The notes under the pieces are model-generated. The model did not search any database. It saw nothing but the letters and a program-made list of their open reading frames with translations, and had not been told where the DNA came from. From NCBI GenBank assembly GCA_032718475.1, contig JAUCBJ010003131.1:1-64000 (forward strand): 64,000 nucleotides of DNA, written 5' to 3'. Position numbers and translations under genes: made by a program. The stretch is from Nemertoderma westbladi. Lineage: Eukaryota; Animalia; Xenacoelomorpha. Below, in pieces: positions 26,604-43,396 of the stretch (within the stretch, counting starts at the first letter, position 1; each line of letters starts with the position of its first letter).

Positions 26604-29600
26604 TCAATTCTCAAGCCTCCAAACCTTATTACATCGTACTGTCTTTGCGGGTTTCACATACACCATATCCCCCACATTAAAATCACATATAATTTCATTG
26701 TCTTCTAATTTTTGTTCTGTTATACCCGGCAATTTTTGAATATGGTTTTCCGCCAACAATTTATATGGTGGGTCGCCTCCATGAGGTGCTATTCTAGTAT
26801 ACCAAAACGATATTTGAACTGGGTCTTTTCGTGCCCTGGCCGCCCAAGCCTTTATAGTCCTGTGTGACCTCTCGACTGGGCTCCCCTGTGGCCTGTAAGC
26901 ACATGACGGTTTATTCTTCACCTCCCATCATCTCAGAAATGCTTTGAACTCCTTACTGCGAAAACCTGGACCATTATCATCTATTACTTCCTCTGGTGGT
27001 CCCCATTCCACAAACACTTGTTGTAATTCCTTTATTAATGTTTGATGAGTCTGATTAGACACTTGCCACCAAATTACAAATCCTGTTGCATAGTCAAGTA
27101 TTGTTAGGTATTTTTTATTCTCATGTTCCGTAAAATCTGTAGATAGTCTCTCCCATCCTTTTTCAGTTTTACAGCTTCCTGAGGCCATTCTAATTGGAGT
27201 TGGATCGATTGATTTACATCTCTCACAATCTAAACAACATTCTTTAATCCACTCCCTAGGAACATCAATTTCATAATTTGTTACATAACATTTGAGTACG
27301 ATCCGTACCTATATGAGCAATTTCATGAATCTCTTTAATTCTCTCAATCACGTGTGCTTTGTTGCAAGGAACATTGTGTGCTTGTATTCCTATTCCTGCT
27401 ATTTCCCCTATGTTTTTATTTTCGTCATTCCCCTTTAACCATAATTTCGGAACTCTGGTTAAGCAATCTGCCAGGTTCTTAGTAGATGTAATTTGCTGTA
27501 TTGTCACCTTTATGCCATATTCATCCACAGTCCTCATTAATAGCTCTAATCGTCTTCTTAATAACATTTTTGATAGATCTTTTGTCTTCAAATGGTGCTC
27601 ATCATTCAACATTGATTTGATTCAACCATATGTTGAGCTCGAATCTGTATATATCGTAATTGTTTTAAGACCCCACTCAATAGCAATGTTTAACCCCTCA
27701 ATGATCTCAATCAGTTTTCTCAACCATGCTCTATCCTCGTCGACTACCCCACCAATCTTCACTAACGCCCCAATGGCTATTGTACTTGCATCGGCCCATA
27801 CTTCTCCTACCTGAGTCTTCATTATTGGCCACTGACCTTGTGAGGGATCTACTTTATTGACTCTATCTACCACCTCAATGAGTTTCTTTCTAGTGTTCTC
27901 ACTGATAGGATCATCCATGCTAACTGATGATTCTTGGCATTGTAGCCACCCACATGCAACGCGCAACCAACCAGAAATTAAATAATTACCTCAGAGTTGA
28001 CCAATCACAGCCAAAAATTTTCGATGTGTCACTATCCCTTGAATAGATTCTAATATCGGTAAATAGCTGTCTCTGATCCATCGACCATCCTTCACATACA
28101 CTCCCAATATTCGAGCCCCATTATTAACCTCCACTGGTTCTTTAGATTCAAGCCCAAATTTCTTCAAATGATTTCTAACATCATCAGCTGTAATTCCAGA
28201 ATCCAGGTCCACATAGACATCATCACGGAAACTTTCTGTGGCCTTCTCAATCTTCTCGGCTTGTTTTACAACAGTCTCTACAATATTGTAAAGTATCTTT
28301 GGTGCTGGGCTCAGTCCAAAACCAAGCTTGGTCATACAATATCGTTTGTCCTTATACTCAACAACTTGGTATGGATGCAGTTTAGAATCCACAATGACCT
28401 GCATATAGGCCCACTTCAAGTCAATCAGTGTTGTACTTTCACCCATGGTAGCCCACTTTCTCAGTTTCTCAACACTGGCAGCTGATTCCGTTCCAGTTTC
28501 ATTTATAATAAATTGATTGAATTCTCGAAAATCCATTATCGGATATACTCGATCTTTTTTTGGTTCAGTTTTGTGCATTAGAGGAATGAGTGCTTTTGTT
28601 TCCCCGTGAAATTCTTTTAACCATCCTTTCGATATCCATTCACCCATACCAATATCAAACTTATCCCGTAGTTCCTGGGGAATTTTGTACTGCTTTACTC
28701 TATTAGTCAGTTTGTCTGGGCTTTGACCAGTGATGAATCTATACTCTGTTTCCCACGTCTGCCCATTAAATTGAGCCACAAAGTCGCGCTTTTCTATTGT
28801 AATCAAAGGTTCAGGATTAATATTTCCAACTGCACACTCATTAATTAGAAATTTGGGACTGAATTAAACAGCACACTAACAGTGTCTTTCAGCCCACATT
28901 GAATGGAGATCCCACCCATTTTTTTTATAATGTTCCATCCTATAACTAAGTCTAAGCCCCCAACCATGTCTTTAATAACTAAAAATGCACATTTAGGCAA
29001 AGTGACATTATTAATTCTAATTTGTGTTTCAATTGTCCCCATAATCACATCTGTTTTTGTACCATCTAACATTGAAATAGTGTTTCCAGCCATCTTTCAA
29101 TCTAAAATCCCATTAATCCTAGCACTATATTTATGTGAGACAATCGACTGACTACAACCAGTATCTATTAACCCATCTACTGCAATTCCACCACATTCTG
29201 CCTTTATAATTGGCAGATTGGCCATTATTTTAGGGAAACAGCCACTAGTGCATATGCCGTTCCCCTCTACTCGTTTCCCTGGCTCTGTAGCCTTCCACTT
29301 GGCCGCATGGAACTATCTGCTCCGAGTATGTTTCAGTACAGTTGCGAGCTGTGGTCTGGTCCTCCACATCTAAAACAATTACTGGCAATCAAATCCGTAT
29401 AGTTGTGGTAACTTGATTCTCCCCAACATTCTCGTGCATAATGTCCACTTTTTCCACATCTGAAGCAGTTAATCCCAAATCCTTGGCGTTGACCCCGGGA
29501 TATATTTACTTGCCCTCGGCCAATTCTGAAATTTCCTCCATCTCAACCACGACCAGTTGTAAGATTGCCTATCTCTCGTCCCCGACCGAAACTTGTCCCA

Positions 29601-30267
29601 TCTCGCTCTCGATGGAAACTTCCACCTCCTCGGGGATTTTGGAAATTTCCAGGAAATCCTCCAGCAGCTCCAACAGATCCCATTGGATACGGTAGGCCAG
29701 CAACTAATCCCCCTGCAGCTCCTACGGTGGCAGAATCCTTATGTTGTTCTGACAATAATCTGCGGGCCTGAACAATTAGGTTGTTCAGTTCCAATCCATC
29801 AACTAAAGCTTTGACCTCCCCAGCTATCCTTTCAGGAAGTCCACTGACGAACTGCAGAGCAATAATTATATTAGATACAACTGTATCTATCGTGTTTAGT
29901 TTTATTTCATCAGCCACTAATCCAAACAGTCGTTTTAAATCGGCTAGGTACGTATCCGCTGCCTCCCCATCCTGCAGTTTCCGAATCTTAAACAGTTCAT
30001 AGGCAGTATACTCGTTAACAGCAAATGCAGATATTAATGCCTTCTTTATTAGGTCACACTCTTGCTTTTCGGCATTAGATAATTGACTCACTACTTCATA
30101 CGCTGGCCCATCTAACGACAATCGTAAATAAGTTGCCCGCGCCTCCTCTTTTAATCCAGCCTCGACCACTAATACATCATAAGTTTCATAAAAAATATCG
30201 CCAGCCACTGACTCGGATCTGTACTACCATTATACTTCTTAACATAATCTGAGAGTTTTGGAGCCAT
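26604..30267 (-). mobile_element. Decayed Gypsy-type LTR retrotransposon internal region (gag-PR-RT-RH-INT)
   Basis: gag from MAPKLSDY (ATG 30267), knuckle CFRCGKSGHYAREC, protease LIDTGCSQSIV, RT DLKWAYMQV...FRDD (27991-28806), RNase H WADAS...TDSS, integrase HEIAH...C..C and DNGPGF. Multiple frameshifts; LTRs not identified. Confidence 0.88.
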
Positions 30268-30599
30268 GTTGCCTGGTTAGCTTATAAGATATAATAAGTA
30301 ATAGGCCTATCAATCGTAATATCATTAATATCAATCACACACTACTCCAGAATCAGGTTTATATTAACTCCTGCACTCAATACACCACCGGTAGGCCTAC
30401 TCAGTCGTTCCACCCTAACTATCTTATCTACCTGTTTGAATTTACCGCCACCTTATATATATCGCAACTCAACCGACAGAGTCTCTTATTGTACCTTATA
30501 ATTTCATTCCCGAAAATTAAGCGGTATGCTATTTTTCGTGCATCTACGAAGTGGGCGTCGCACTGTGTACATATTTTGATTTCAGCACATTTTGTAGGT

Positions 30600-31000
30600 T
30601 TTCTTGGTCGCTGTTTCAAATGAAATTGCTCTAAAAATATGACTACAAAGTAGTAGCTCATATTGGTGCACCAAAATTAGGGCGGTGCACTACAAATTTT
30701 AAAAAATACAAGATTCGCAAACTACACCAAAGTTGAGATTTTAACGTATTTTTATAGGTTTTCTGGGCCGCTGAATCGATTGAAAGAAACAAATGAAAGA
30801 ACCACAAAGACATGAGGCTTCTATATTACTTTCAATCGATTCAGTGGTCCAGAAAACCTATAAAAATGCTTTGAAATTAAAACTTGGGCATATTTTCCGA
30901 AACTTGAATATTTCAAAGTTTGAAGTGCCACGCCCTAATTGTGGTGCCCCAAATATGACGTGCCAATACACGTACATACTTGTATAGAGCAGTGGAGTGC
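30600..31000. mobile_element. Foldback/MITE-like inverted repeat
   Basis: TTTTATAGGTTTTCTGG..CTGAATCGATTGAAAG (about 30750-30786) is inverted at about 30829-30866; outer arms 30665-30690 vs 30925-30948. Confidence 0.5.
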
Positions 31001-31264
31001 TCCATAGCAATCAGAATCAATAAAAACGACAAAACATCACTAAGGACGAACTTATAAATGATCTTAAAAAATTCGAAAATTTAAAAAATATTTGTGTTGG
31101 GGACCAAATTTTTAGGTGGCACCCACATCGAAAAGTACAAATCCAACTGCGACGCCGTTTTTTGCAAAAGATGCGCCATTAAATATGGCTAATTCTAAAA
31201 AAAATTGGGCTGATACATAATGTGGTTGTATAGATTTACAGCAATTATAATCTAGGGGGGTTTT

Positions 31265-31546
31265 ACACCTCCAAACTATTGGTTTCTCTATAAACAAGCA
31301 CACCTCCAAACTATTGGTTTCTCTATAAACAAGCACACCTCCAAACTATTGGTTTCTCTATAAGCAAGCACACCTCCAAACTATTGGTTTCTCTATAAGC
31401 AAGCACACCTGCAAACTACAGTATTGGTTTCTCTATTAGCAAGCACACCTCCAAACTATTGGTTTCTCTATAAGCAAGCACACCTGCAAACTACAGTATT
31501 GGTTTCTCTATTAGCAAGCCCACCTCCAAACTATTGGTTTCTCTAT
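31265..31546. repeat. ~35-bp minisatellite, about 8 copies
   Basis: Unit CACACCTCCAAACTATTGGTTTCTCTATAA(A/G)CAAG. Confidence 0.9.
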
Positions 31547-31777
31547 TTTGGATGTTAGTTTTTATGTTACGTATCTAAACTATCCGTTTGTCTGGTAGAT
31601 GGTGGACTAACGTATTTCCTGACATACAAATAGACTGGGCTACCTTCTAGCAAACAAGAAAACCGACATTTGTAATGAGATCACCACCCAAAGATACTAC
31701 ACAATGAGAATTGTAGTTAAATTGTGACCAAATCACAACAAGCACTAAAAATATCCATTACATTTAATCAGACTTAC

Positions 31778-31959
31778 CGATATCACTAAATAACGATATA
31801 TTTTGTTCTTGGTTATCATCCATACTCGGCCCGCAACTATTGAGACTCAATGGAGACAAATTCCAACTCTGGTCATTGGCGTTGGCTACATTTTCCATTC
31901 TAGTTCTGTCCTGATCACGTCTTAATTTAACTTGGGCCGCAATAACTCGCCTTCTTTCC
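31778..31959 (-). CDS. Dmrt-family gene exon 2 (C-terminal helix of the DM domain)
   Basis: Acceptor TTTTTTGTTGCAG, donor GTAAGT. Encodes ERRRVIAAQVKLRRDQD..., matching the DM tail ERQRVMAAQVALRRQQ. Phase fits exon 1. Confidence 0.9.
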
Positions 31960-32554
31960 CTGCAACAAAAAAGAAGTATCATTTAGTGTATGGCGGTAAG
32001 GTTAGGGTTAGGGTGCGATACATACTTGTATGTTGAGCATGTTTCAATATATTTATTTTTGTTTATGTCGTTTTTGTTTGTATTGTTTTTTATGGCCTTA
32101 GGGCTCAGCACTACTATGGGCGTAATGTCCTGATCCTATGTTTTTTGTTAGTTTGTGGGGTGTCAGACTCTAGTGTTTTACCCATAGATTTTACAAAAAA
32201 TAATGGCAGATTCTGTAGGCCTATATTATTACCGGCAGACTCTGTATTGTCACCGATGAACGGAACTAAAACAGAAGAAAATAACTGGAATATATTGCAG
32301 AGTAATGCCAAACACATTCAATTCATTTAATTTGAAAGTACAATATCAGGTTACAGTTTTCAAGACTAACACTCAACTAGGATCAACTTTAATAATCTGA
32401 TATCCGAATATATAACGAGTCCCCTGAATAACGTATGTATGTATGTTTGTTTGTTCTGTTTATCTCCTCCTAAACTACAGGCCATCCCGATATGGGGAAA
32501 GTACCGTTGGGTTCAGCGTGGTTTATAAGAAATATCGAGAATTCGAGAAAATCG

Positions 32555-33095
32555 AGAATACGAGAAACTCGATCAAATACCTGCTCATCCCAGTATCCGT
32601 CCATAGTCACCGGACAGCTGCGGTTTATTCACGTAGAACAGTAGAATTCCCGCAGCTTCCGACCCAATTCGACAACGAATTCGCCTCACACTTTCGCGTG
32701 GCAGAGAACGTAATCCGGTGCGATACACATCTGCCCGACTTTCAACAATTTCCCCCAAGCGATCCCAGGATCCGGCTGTCCGGGCCGCCGCTAAACCCAA
32801 ATCGCAATCCTTTTGTCGATTCGTCCAGTCGTCGACGTAAGTCGGACTCTTCCCACCACACTCCAAGGTGGGTGGCCTGAGTGAGGCATGAGGAACTTGG
32901 CAGTGGCCCGCATTACGATCCGACCGACTGCCGTATTCCCAGTGTAGTAAATAGAATTTTACTGACGAGCAAGCAATTTTGTAGTATTTATTCCTCAGTT
33001 AATCGCATCTTGATGCCTCTCGGCTGCTCGGGTCCAGATACATCGAACTGTCGGAAGCTGTTTAGATGAAGAAGTTGTTTAGATGGCCTTTGGCC
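32555..33095 (-). pseudogene. Aldehyde dehydrogenase family 3 (ALDH3-like) pseudogene fragment
   Basis: Successive frames give YTGNTAVGRIVMRATAKFLMP, TLECGGKSPTYVD, DCDLGLAA, IAWGKLLKVGQMCIAPDYVLCH and SGDYGRI, i.e. the ALDH3 motifs, broken by frameshifts and stops. Confidence 0.85.
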
Positions 33096-33249
33096 TTGCC
33101 AACGACCAACGACCTGAAGACGGTACCGGTAACTCTGTACCACTGTAACTGTTAACAGTACCGGTACCATGCTGTAATACAGTAGTCTCCTAGCAACCAG
33201 CTGATGCCAAGCCTAATAATTTTTGGGTAGATTAATTTATTATAACTGT

Positions 33250-33501
33250 AAGACAGTTACACAGATGCTGCATGAAGACCCCACGCAAATTCAACTTGGA
33301 AAATTCCTAAACTTTGACCAGGCTACATGTGTACCAAGTTTGGTTAAATTTCATTAACATTTGACTGAGTTATTAACGTTTAAAATTGGACACGACAGAA
33401 CAACAGATCGACAGAACGGCAGAACAACAGAACAACAAACACACCGATTGAGTTAGTGGTACCTGTATGCTAAGCTCGCTTACTTTCGTCGCTCGCCCCA
33501 C
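33250..33501. mobile_element. HINE/DINE-like element end (inverted copy of 7385-7485)
   Basis: ACAGA-type microsatellite followed by GCTAAGCTCGCTTACTTTCGTCGCTCGCCCCACA. Confidence 0.55.
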
Positions 33502-33536
33502 AGTAGTATCTACAGTATTAATAGATACTATTGTAG

Positions 33537-34038
33537 ACTAGCAAGCCTTGCGCGAGGAGCGTTATGGCTATCTTGCTATGTGTTATGCCGTAATAATTGG
33601 CTTTTAGTGGTTGTAGGGAGACCTAAGTGTAAAGCAAAGCAACACCCCGTGACAATTTACATCAACAACAAATATTATTAACCAGCTAAGAATAAGAATG
33701 TATAGTCTATGGGAGATATAAATAAAATAAAATATTGAGGGTCTTTGGCTGGTTATATTATATTAAATATAGATATCACCAGCTAAAAACCCTCAATATT
33801 TTATTTTATTTCTATCATCCATACACATGTTACCGCTGGTGAATGTCTACCACTTCATCCGTTCGTTTAGTCTATGGACGGAGTGCCAGTACTGTAGTAT
33901 ATATTATGCAAAGCTGCTCATTGGCTATTCTGAACCTGAGGGAAATTTCCCCAGATGCTTCTATATCTACAGCTCAAATTTTGTATAATATGTGTATGTA
34001 TGTTTGTATAGCGCGCGAAGCGCGACTGGCTTGCTAGT
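33537..34038. mobile_element. Palindromic element with Helitron-like CTAG ends
   Basis: Termini ACTAGCAAGCC / GGCTTGCTAGT, hairpin CGCGCGAAGCGCG near the right end, central inverted repeat 33721-33810. Confidence 0.5.
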
Positions 34039-34195
34039 ACCTTCTATAACATCACATCACTTATCCTAATTAGGTATGTCAATTTATATATTCGCTCTCA
34101 AATTTTAGCTAAAAGTGTTTGGAAAATGTGCCTCCAACGATATCATACTATATATAGTCATATGTACTGCAATTATTCTTAAAAGTAAAAGTAAT

Positions 34196-34345
34196 AACTA
34201 TTTACAAACTTGTGTGTAAAGTAGCACTTTACAGTGTGCTGATCCGAGTGCTTTGTTACACGAACGAACGTAGTGAGTGAGTGAAAATAAAGCCACGAGG
34301 ATCAGACAACTGTAAAGTACTTTGCAACAAGTATGTAAGTAGTTT
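34196..34345. repeat. Short imperfect palindrome (MITE-like)
   Basis: AACTATTTACAAACTTG..CTTTACAGT..CTGATCC is mirrored by GGATCAG..ACTGTAAAG..CAAGTATGTAAGTAGTT. Confidence 0.55.
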
Positions 34346-34427
34346 TATTCCAAAATTATAACATTACGAAATGATTGTATATATTATAAGTGATAGCACA
34401 CATTAAATTAGTTGCTGTATAAATAAA

Positions 34428-35018
34428 TGTAAGCGGATCCATCCCGCTACACGCCACCTACCAGCTAAGAGGGGAGATGGGCTGATTTACGAATCAGTTC
34501 AGGTATGTAGGCAATATTGCATAACAGAGAATGTAGGAAGCAATGTTAGCCAGGATATGGTTTTAACCCATCTCAGGGGAAAGGGGCTAACACAGGGCTG
34601 GGGGGACATGGGATTATACAAGTGGAATAAGCCGACCAATGGGAGGGCCACAGCTGGTGGTTTACAAGATGTAACGATTGGTTGGCAGGTTTACGTGTTA
34701 GGACTGTGTAATACATTCCCCCTAATTTTCCACATAATATATGATTTCATCATATGACTACTAGTTATGTTGGCTATTATTCATGTACAGTGTCGCACAG
34801 TTTTCACCGTCGTCCGTAACATTTTTATACTGATTGAGCTGTATTCATTTAACGGTAATATTGAAAGCTATTATCAGCAACGATAAACCATTAACTCTTA
34901 ATTTCAACCGGCCTACGGCCTTCAGTATTCTCAAGATACCACACGCGGCGACGCGTAGATAACTACGACCAGAGATTTACCCGGTCGGGATCCCATTGCC
35001 AACTCGGATCCCGTCACA
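34428..35018. mobile_element. Solo LTR, family A copy 2 (opposite orientation)
   Basis: TGTAAGCGGATCC...GGATCCCGTCACA with 5-bp TSD ATAAA. Confidence 0.85.
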
Positions 35019-35071
35019 ATAAATTTAAAAATGACATAAATTATGTTATAAAAAAGTTAGCTTATAAGGAA

Positions 35072-35232
35072 ACCCCAGTACTCATTTAGCTACCACTTAA
35101 GGATGCAAGGCAGAGATGCGCCCTGGCTGATCCCTTTAAAGCATTCGTGCCGAAACGAAAACTGCCCTGGCCCATGTGAGGATCGAACCCACGACCTACG
35201 GGAGATGTGAATTCAATGCAACCACTACACCA
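35072..35232 (-). mobile_element. tRNA-derived SINE
   Basis: Minus strand TGGTGTAGTGG...GGTTCGATCC head, then CCAGGGCGCATCTCTGCCTTGCATCC...AAATGAGTAC, shared with 45748-45965. Confidence 0.6.
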
Positions 35233-35704
35233 AGGTGGAATCTTCAACCTTACTTACTGCATTGTGGTGTTTGTAATAGTGGTTTGTTGGTACCGATGGA
35301 AAAGTGTCGTTCCAAGAATCCCAAATATGGATATTTATTTTGGGATATCGCGGAGAAAAAAGTGTTCTAAATTATTTTCTCATGTTCTTATGTTTTCGGT
35401 ATCGTGTGAATATTCTAGAATGAACAACCTTAGCAACTCTAGAAGTTTATTATACTTTTAGATCGCCTTGGCATTATATAATATAATAATATAGTAAGAG
35501 TAGAATGGAGTAGATAAACGTGGACTTTCCTTCTACTGTTGGCACATAGAATAATAAACAATCCAATCCGTAGCACAAGCCAACTCCGTGAAAGATACTG
35601 TACCGGTAGGATCGCCTAAACAGTGTTCCAAAATATGGTTCCGATTAATAACATAGGTTTAATTAACAGTAGGTTCAAAAAAAAATTTAGTGCAATGCAA
35701 ATTT

Positions 35705-35993
35705 GAGACAAGCTTGTATGTGCCGTAACTATAGAGACAAGCTTGTATGTACCGTAACTATAGAGACAAGCTTGTATGTGCCGTAACTATAGAGACAAGC
35801 TTGTATGTGCCGTAACTATAGAGACAAGCTTGTATGTGCCGTAACTATAGAGACAAGCTTGTATGTACCGTAACTATAGAGACAAGCTTGTATGTGCCGT
35901 AACTATAGAGACAAGCTTGTATGTGCCGTAACTATAGAGACAAGCTTGTATGTACCGTAACTATAGAGACAAGCTTGTATGTACCGTAACTAT
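35705..35993. repeat. 29-bp minisatellite, 10 copies
   Basis: Unit GAGACAAGCTTGTATGT(G/A)CCGTAACTATA, ending ~40 bp from the Dmrt exon 1 donor. Confidence 0.95.
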
Positions 35994-36036
35994 AAAAATA
36001 AAAATATATAATATTGTCAGATAAAATTAAACTTAC

Positions 36037-36170
36037 AGAATCAATCTACATCGCTCACAATTACAATCCTTGAAGGGACAGTTGGGTTTGTGTCCCTTGA
36101 GAGGAACCGAGTTTATCTCGTGATTCCGGCATCTTGTACAAGTCGGTTTGCGTCCTTTCGTTTCCGGCAT
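36037..36170 (-). CDS. Dmrt/doublesex-family DM-domain gene, coding exon 1
   Basis: [44 protein letters not shown] has the intertwined zinc ligands C..C..H....KGH...C....C.C..C of DM domains. Donor GTAAGT. The four-exon model totals 501 nt (166 aa). Confidence 0.92.
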
Positions 36171-36206
36171 TGTCTCAATCGATTGCGTTGAAACAGCTCT
36201 CAGATA

Positions 36207-36220
36207 AATTTTATATATAA
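36207..36220 (-). promoter_or_regulatory. Candidate TATA box of the Dmrt gene
   Basis: Minus-strand TTATATATAAAA about 40-50 bp upstream of the ATG. AT-rich context makes this weak. Confidence 0.3.
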
Positions 36221-37859
36221 CGCAGTAAAAAATAACCTTAAATAATAGCTAACAGGTCGACAAAAGAATGATCTCTACAGTCAGGAGTAGATTCCTCCCA
36301 TGCGGAGAATACCAGGTTTTCAGTTTTCGGTTCCACTTTTTATAAGAACTTTTTATATATTCAAAATCAAAATATCCGTAATATTTAGTTACAAAATCAA
36401 CCCTGGGCTATGGATAAATAAAATATTTACAATAAACAAAAACAAACAAAAATAATTTACAATATCATTATGTTTAAGGCTTAATGTTTGTTGGTAGTCG
36501 TATTAATTTGGCAAAGTATGTGATAATGCCAAAATTCGCCTGATTTGCCTCAGTTTACATCAAATTTAAATACTAAATTATATTGATTCTGTTATTCCAG
36601 TAACTTAATTTTTTGTACAACCTATCAAACAATTTCTTTTTGACCTCAAGATTAAGTTTTTATATATATACTGTAGATAGCAAAGATATTTGCTATATGA
36701 AAAGCGAAATCTGGAGCAAATTTTAAAGTCCAACCTATGTAAACATTTTAGCTTAAGTTATACCAAATATTAAAGGCATGACTCGTAACAATGATAACCA
36801 AAGAGTTGCCCTTAAAATGGGCCTCCAAACCCGCCCACTATGGATTAGGCACTGATTGACCAATGATAAGTAAGCACAACTCATTATCTTTTTATAGGGA
36901 CCTGTACCCAAACCCATAAGTGATGTTTGTATGTATGGACTCAATTAAAGTTGAACGGCCTTCTGGTTAAACCCTGCTGAGCGATCGGTTTGCATTATAG
37001 CCTTGATAAGCACAGCCGGTGCTGTTATGGTATAAATTAGATGTTCCCTGTATGACAAGACCTTATCTATAGATGCATTGTACAACACAATTAGACTTTG
37101 CTTGCATAAAGCCTACCTCATCAATCATTAAGGGATTTCTATCGCCATTACCAAACAGCGTTCACAAACAACTTGGACTCTGTTAGCTTTACATGATGGA
37201 ATGTATTATTGTTTGCATTCTTTTGATATCAGGGTTTCCCAGAGCAAAAACATTCGCCCCCAACGTACAAAACGGCAAACATATAGGATCTGGAAAACTA
37301 ATATAGTAATATACCCGTCACCTAAGACAGTGGCGCAGCCATGGGGGGGGGGGGGGGGGGGGGGACACGTCCCTCCCACTTTTCAGTTAGGGGGGGGGGG
37401 GACTCCATATCATATGTCCCCGCCACTTTTTACACTTTGTATATACAATTTCAAATTAAAATAAATAATCGTAACAAACTCTGATCGGGTATTACAGAAT
37501 AACTATTAACTCATAGGTACATTTCAATCCTTCCCAACCCTGTCCCATATTTCCAAACACCATGAAATGTTTTTGCACGACAATAAGTCACTTTATAAAT
37601 AAGGTGTATTTCCATATCCCCACAATTTCGTCATATATTGTTTTGGTTAGAATAAATAAATAAATTAAATGATAATATAATAACTTGTAACTCCACAGAT
37701 TATTTATTTAGGGGCGATATATTTAAAAATTTAAGCTGCTAAATAATGAACACAAATAATAAGAGCAATACATAATAGTAATACATCTTACTGCAAACGC
37801 TTTTTAATGCTGAAATAAGATTGTAAACCTAAAAATCAAGCAAAACCAAACTAGGTTCA

Positions 37860-41812
<3,953 letters not shown>

Positions 41813-42792
41813 GGACCCGCAACAGTTTTAGACGTTATGTATCAGAAAACATTTACTTGTATTCGTTATAGAGAACATGGACTCGTATTCATTTATTTAG
41901 TTAATTTGATCTCCATTGTATTACAATATCATTTAATGATTAGAAGTTCAATGATAATAAAATTTGTTAATTTCCTGTGTCAAGATATCAACTCGCCTTC
42001 GCTTTCAATCTACAAGAAGGGCTATATAAATCGGTATCTCTTTCGACATTTTTATCTTAGAGGGTTCGTTGGTAACGATGGGGAGTTGTCGTTGTTGCAG
42101 GGAAACGAATTCTGTGCTAAGCAAAATTATATTTGGAATCCATCATCGAGATCTTTCCTTCTCCACCAACGAATCACTTTTAAGTTCGAAGAATAATTGA
42201 GTTGTAATTGGTTCAAACGCCAATGTGAAGAATACCAGGTTTACACTTTTCGGTCGAAATTTTATTGTAATTGCATATCTGAATAATTTGGATTTTTTAA
42301 TTTCTCATTAGGCCTATTAAGTATAATATGGCGCTTATTTCTATCTTTTAAACACTTTTTTCAAACGCTTGTAGTTAAAGAATGAAACCAAAAATACAAA
42401 TTCTGACTCACCTAGTGAGGAGGGAGGTGAAACTATCTATGTTTAAAATTTCATACAATCTCATTAAGATTTGTAAAAAAAATTTGTGGGGGGGGGGGGG
42501 GGTGGGTGGAGTTATGCAGGACCTAAAATTATTTTATCGTCCCCCCCCCCCCCCCCCCCCCACTTTTGGGAACGTGGCTGCGCCCCTGACCTAAGAGATT
42601 TTCTATGTGTTATGGATGACTCATATTCTGAAGTTTGATTGTAATACTAAATCTTTTGTCTAAACGGGTGGGGATAAAATCATGAAAACTAATAAACTTA
42701 TATAAAAAGGACAACATGGAGAATGCAGAGGAGTTCGGAAATACATTTTCATTACCCTGAATACTAAATACTGAAGCTAGTTACAGTTGTTA

Positions 42793-43396
42793 TGTGACGG
42801 GATCCCCGAGTTGCGAGTTGGCGAGGGAATCCCGACCGGGTTTTGTCGTGGTTTAGATACGCGTCGCCGCGTGCTAGTGTGACTGAAGGCTTTGGGGCTG
42901 AAAGGCCAAAGGCCGGTAGAATAAATAAGTTAACAACTTAATGTTGATATAATGTCAGATGTACAGTATGTATAACTACCGGTAACACAGCACAATAATA
43001 GCAGTACTGGCGACGGTTGAAAACCGTCCGACTTCTACACTCTACATAGCCAACTGGAGGCACAATCAATATAGGTAACGGTTATATTATAATTACATGG
43101 GATACATTCCTACCTACTTTGGCCTAGCCAATGGATGCGCAATAATTGATGGTAAACCGCCCCACCATTGGTTGATCTACTTTCTCTGGAGCCAAACCCA
43201 TCTTTCCCCTTTGGCCTTTATGCTAGCTTCCACCCTGAGATGAGCTGGCATCTCTCCCTCTGGCTGGAAATGTATATTGCCCCGGTGTGTTGGTATGCAA
43301 TATTATATTGCTAATATCGCATAGCCAATTATGATTCGTAAATCGTAACTTTCCCCATTTTCCGCTGGGTGGTGCAGCGAATTGGATCCGCTAACA
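42793..43396. mobile_element. Solo LTR, family A copy 3
   Basis: TGTGACGGGATCC...GGATCCGCTAACA with 5-bp TSD TGTTA. Confidence 0.85.

Noticed and set aside
41960-42230. Possible minus-strand transposase remnant inside the hAT element
   Set aside because: Similarity too weak and interrupted by stops.
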